Shown: piece by piece, positions 62,447 through 64,000 of the stretch
How the letters are laid out: every line of letters starts with the position of its first letter
How positions within the stretch are numbered: the stretch's first letter is position 1
Assembly (NCBI GenBank): GCA_001244265.2
Contig: CDLV01000014.1
Coordinates: 992,001 to 1,056,000 of the forward strand
Source: Microbotryum violaceum
Taxonomy: Eukaryota
Length of the DNA stretch: 64,000 bases
Direction: 5' to 3'
Program-made: the position numbers and the translations under genes
The notes under the pieces: generated by a model
What the model saw: only the letters and a program-made list of their open reading frames with translations
What the model was told of the DNA's origin: nothing
Databases searched by the model: none

Positions 62447-64000
62447 TTTTTTTATTTATTTGATAGACTTCATTAACAGCATAATTATATTAATACCTAC
62501 AAATCTTCGGAAAAGTCGGAGGGAATGCTGTTACGCACACTGGCAGAAGCCAGTAGCGTAGGACTCATTGACCCTGAACCAGGATCAACCATACCCACTA
62601 AAACCCCTTTGGTGTCTTACAGAGACACTAGGCGACCCTTGGACTCCTGGATAGAGGCTCGAAGCCCCTCGAACTCCGTTTCGGTGATCGGTTCCAAAAG
62701 ATCCGACGAGAATCGACGACGGCGACAGAGCTTCCAGATCGAGTGAAAGAAGAGGACTCGTAGTTCGACAAGTCGACGTTCCGAGCGAGACACGACCGGG
62801 CATACAAAGTCCACAAAGACTGGGTGGGGGGTCGGGGACAGAGCAGACCAGAGGCGCCGGGCAAATGGGCAGCCGACCGCGAGGTGAACCAGGCACTCGG
62901 GTGCTTCCGAGAGGCACATCACACAGGAGGTAGATCGATTGTTGGGATGTGGGCTGGTTGGGGAGGCGACTTGGCTTCCCGGATGGAGGGACCCCAGGGA
63001 GAGAAGGTGGCCGGTATCCTCGGCGTCCGAGTGAACCCGGCGAACCTTGCGCAAAGCCTTCCACCAAGCGTTCCAGCGTTGCTCAGGCAGATCGAATACC
63101 TTCTGGTGTCCCTTGGGGAAGATAAGGGGGAAGATGAAGACTTGGTGGCGTTTGGACGCGTTCACAAACGAAGACGGGGTCATCACCTCGCCATCGGGCC
63201 CTCGAAAAAGCGTCGGGTTTACCGAGAGTTGTATTCCGTGGCCCGCTGGGAAGAAGAGTACGTGCGACGCCCATTGCTCGAGGTTCTGACTCTTGGAGAG
63301 TTCCGGGGGATTGAGCGTGGTCACCAACGCCCAGGCTTCGAAGTATCGGACCCAACGAGCAGGAAGAAGTTTTGTCGTTTTTCTCACCGCATGGTCCCAC
63401 TTTGGGGGAGGATGGCAAAAGTATGCCCACCAGATCCAAATCCAAGGGCAACGATGCTGGTTGGGGGCCGGTCTGGACAAGGTGAAAGGGGTTGGTTCGT
63501 TTGGTGCCTGGAGGCGGATGCGGATGTCGAAGAGGTGGCGTGTGAAGCAGCCGTCCGGGGCCCGGAGCTGGAAGACCCACTTCGCGTGATCGATTGCTAG
63601 ACGCCGAGGCAGATCAATCAAACCGAAGCCGCCGTGATCAAGAGGGGTGCAGAGGCGCGACCGGGAGACCTTCGGACGTCGCTGAGTACCATCCGAAGCT
63701 CGACCGTGAATGGCGAGCATGGCGGCCTCCTCGATCTCCTTGACAACGCTCTTGGGGCGGGAAGGAATCGGCTGTAGTACAAGATCTTTGTGTAGCAGTA
63801 GATGTTGATGATCGAACACTTGGCTGCATATGGGAGATCGTACATCGGAATCGAGCGTATCCGAGCGATGGTCGAGGCCTTGACATCTTCCCAGCCCGCA
63901 TCCTCGGCGATCTCCACCCCGACCTGAATACCAAGGTAGCGAAACTGCGAATCGCTGAGACGCCAGGTCCCGAGATCTGGGGCGATCGACCGATCCCGAA
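62447..64000 (-). mobile_element. Second, diverged copy of the same LINE family (3' part; continues beyond window)
   Basis: ORF 62617..63819 is homologous to the copy-1 C-terminus. The A-rich tail at 62447-62461 abuts the 5' end of copy 1. Confidence 0.94.

Overview
Intron-rich fungal nuclear DNA from a basidiomycete. Intron signals, gene set and TE families look Microbotryum-like, which is my inference and is not verified. About 12 host genes are visible: an SDR, an MFS transporter, an LYR protein, a small membrane protein, two RS-rich orphans, a GAF protein, Hook, a CNBP/Gis2-like zinc-knuckle protein, an ankyrin-RCC1-BTB protein, carnitine acetyltransferase and SmD3. They are interleaved with roughly 30 kb (about half the window) of nested transposons. 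I resolved four elements with exact 8-bp TSDs: 5661-11422, 11456-16450, 22374-26787 and 28124-31496. Also present are three Helitron derivatives nested in two hAT-type elements, an AcademH-like RecQ-helicase relic, a CACTG element and tandem L1/Tx1-like LINEs. Most notable: (i) an unclassified AGGACCC-TIR family carrying remnants of two divergently oriented genes; (ii) a TIR element whose inverted repeats contain a near-copy of the local Helitron 3' terminus; (iii) an uninterrupted 56-codon USP7/Ubp15 catalytic fragment inside an intron of the carnitine acetyltransferase gene. All assignments are by eye from motifs. No database searches were run.
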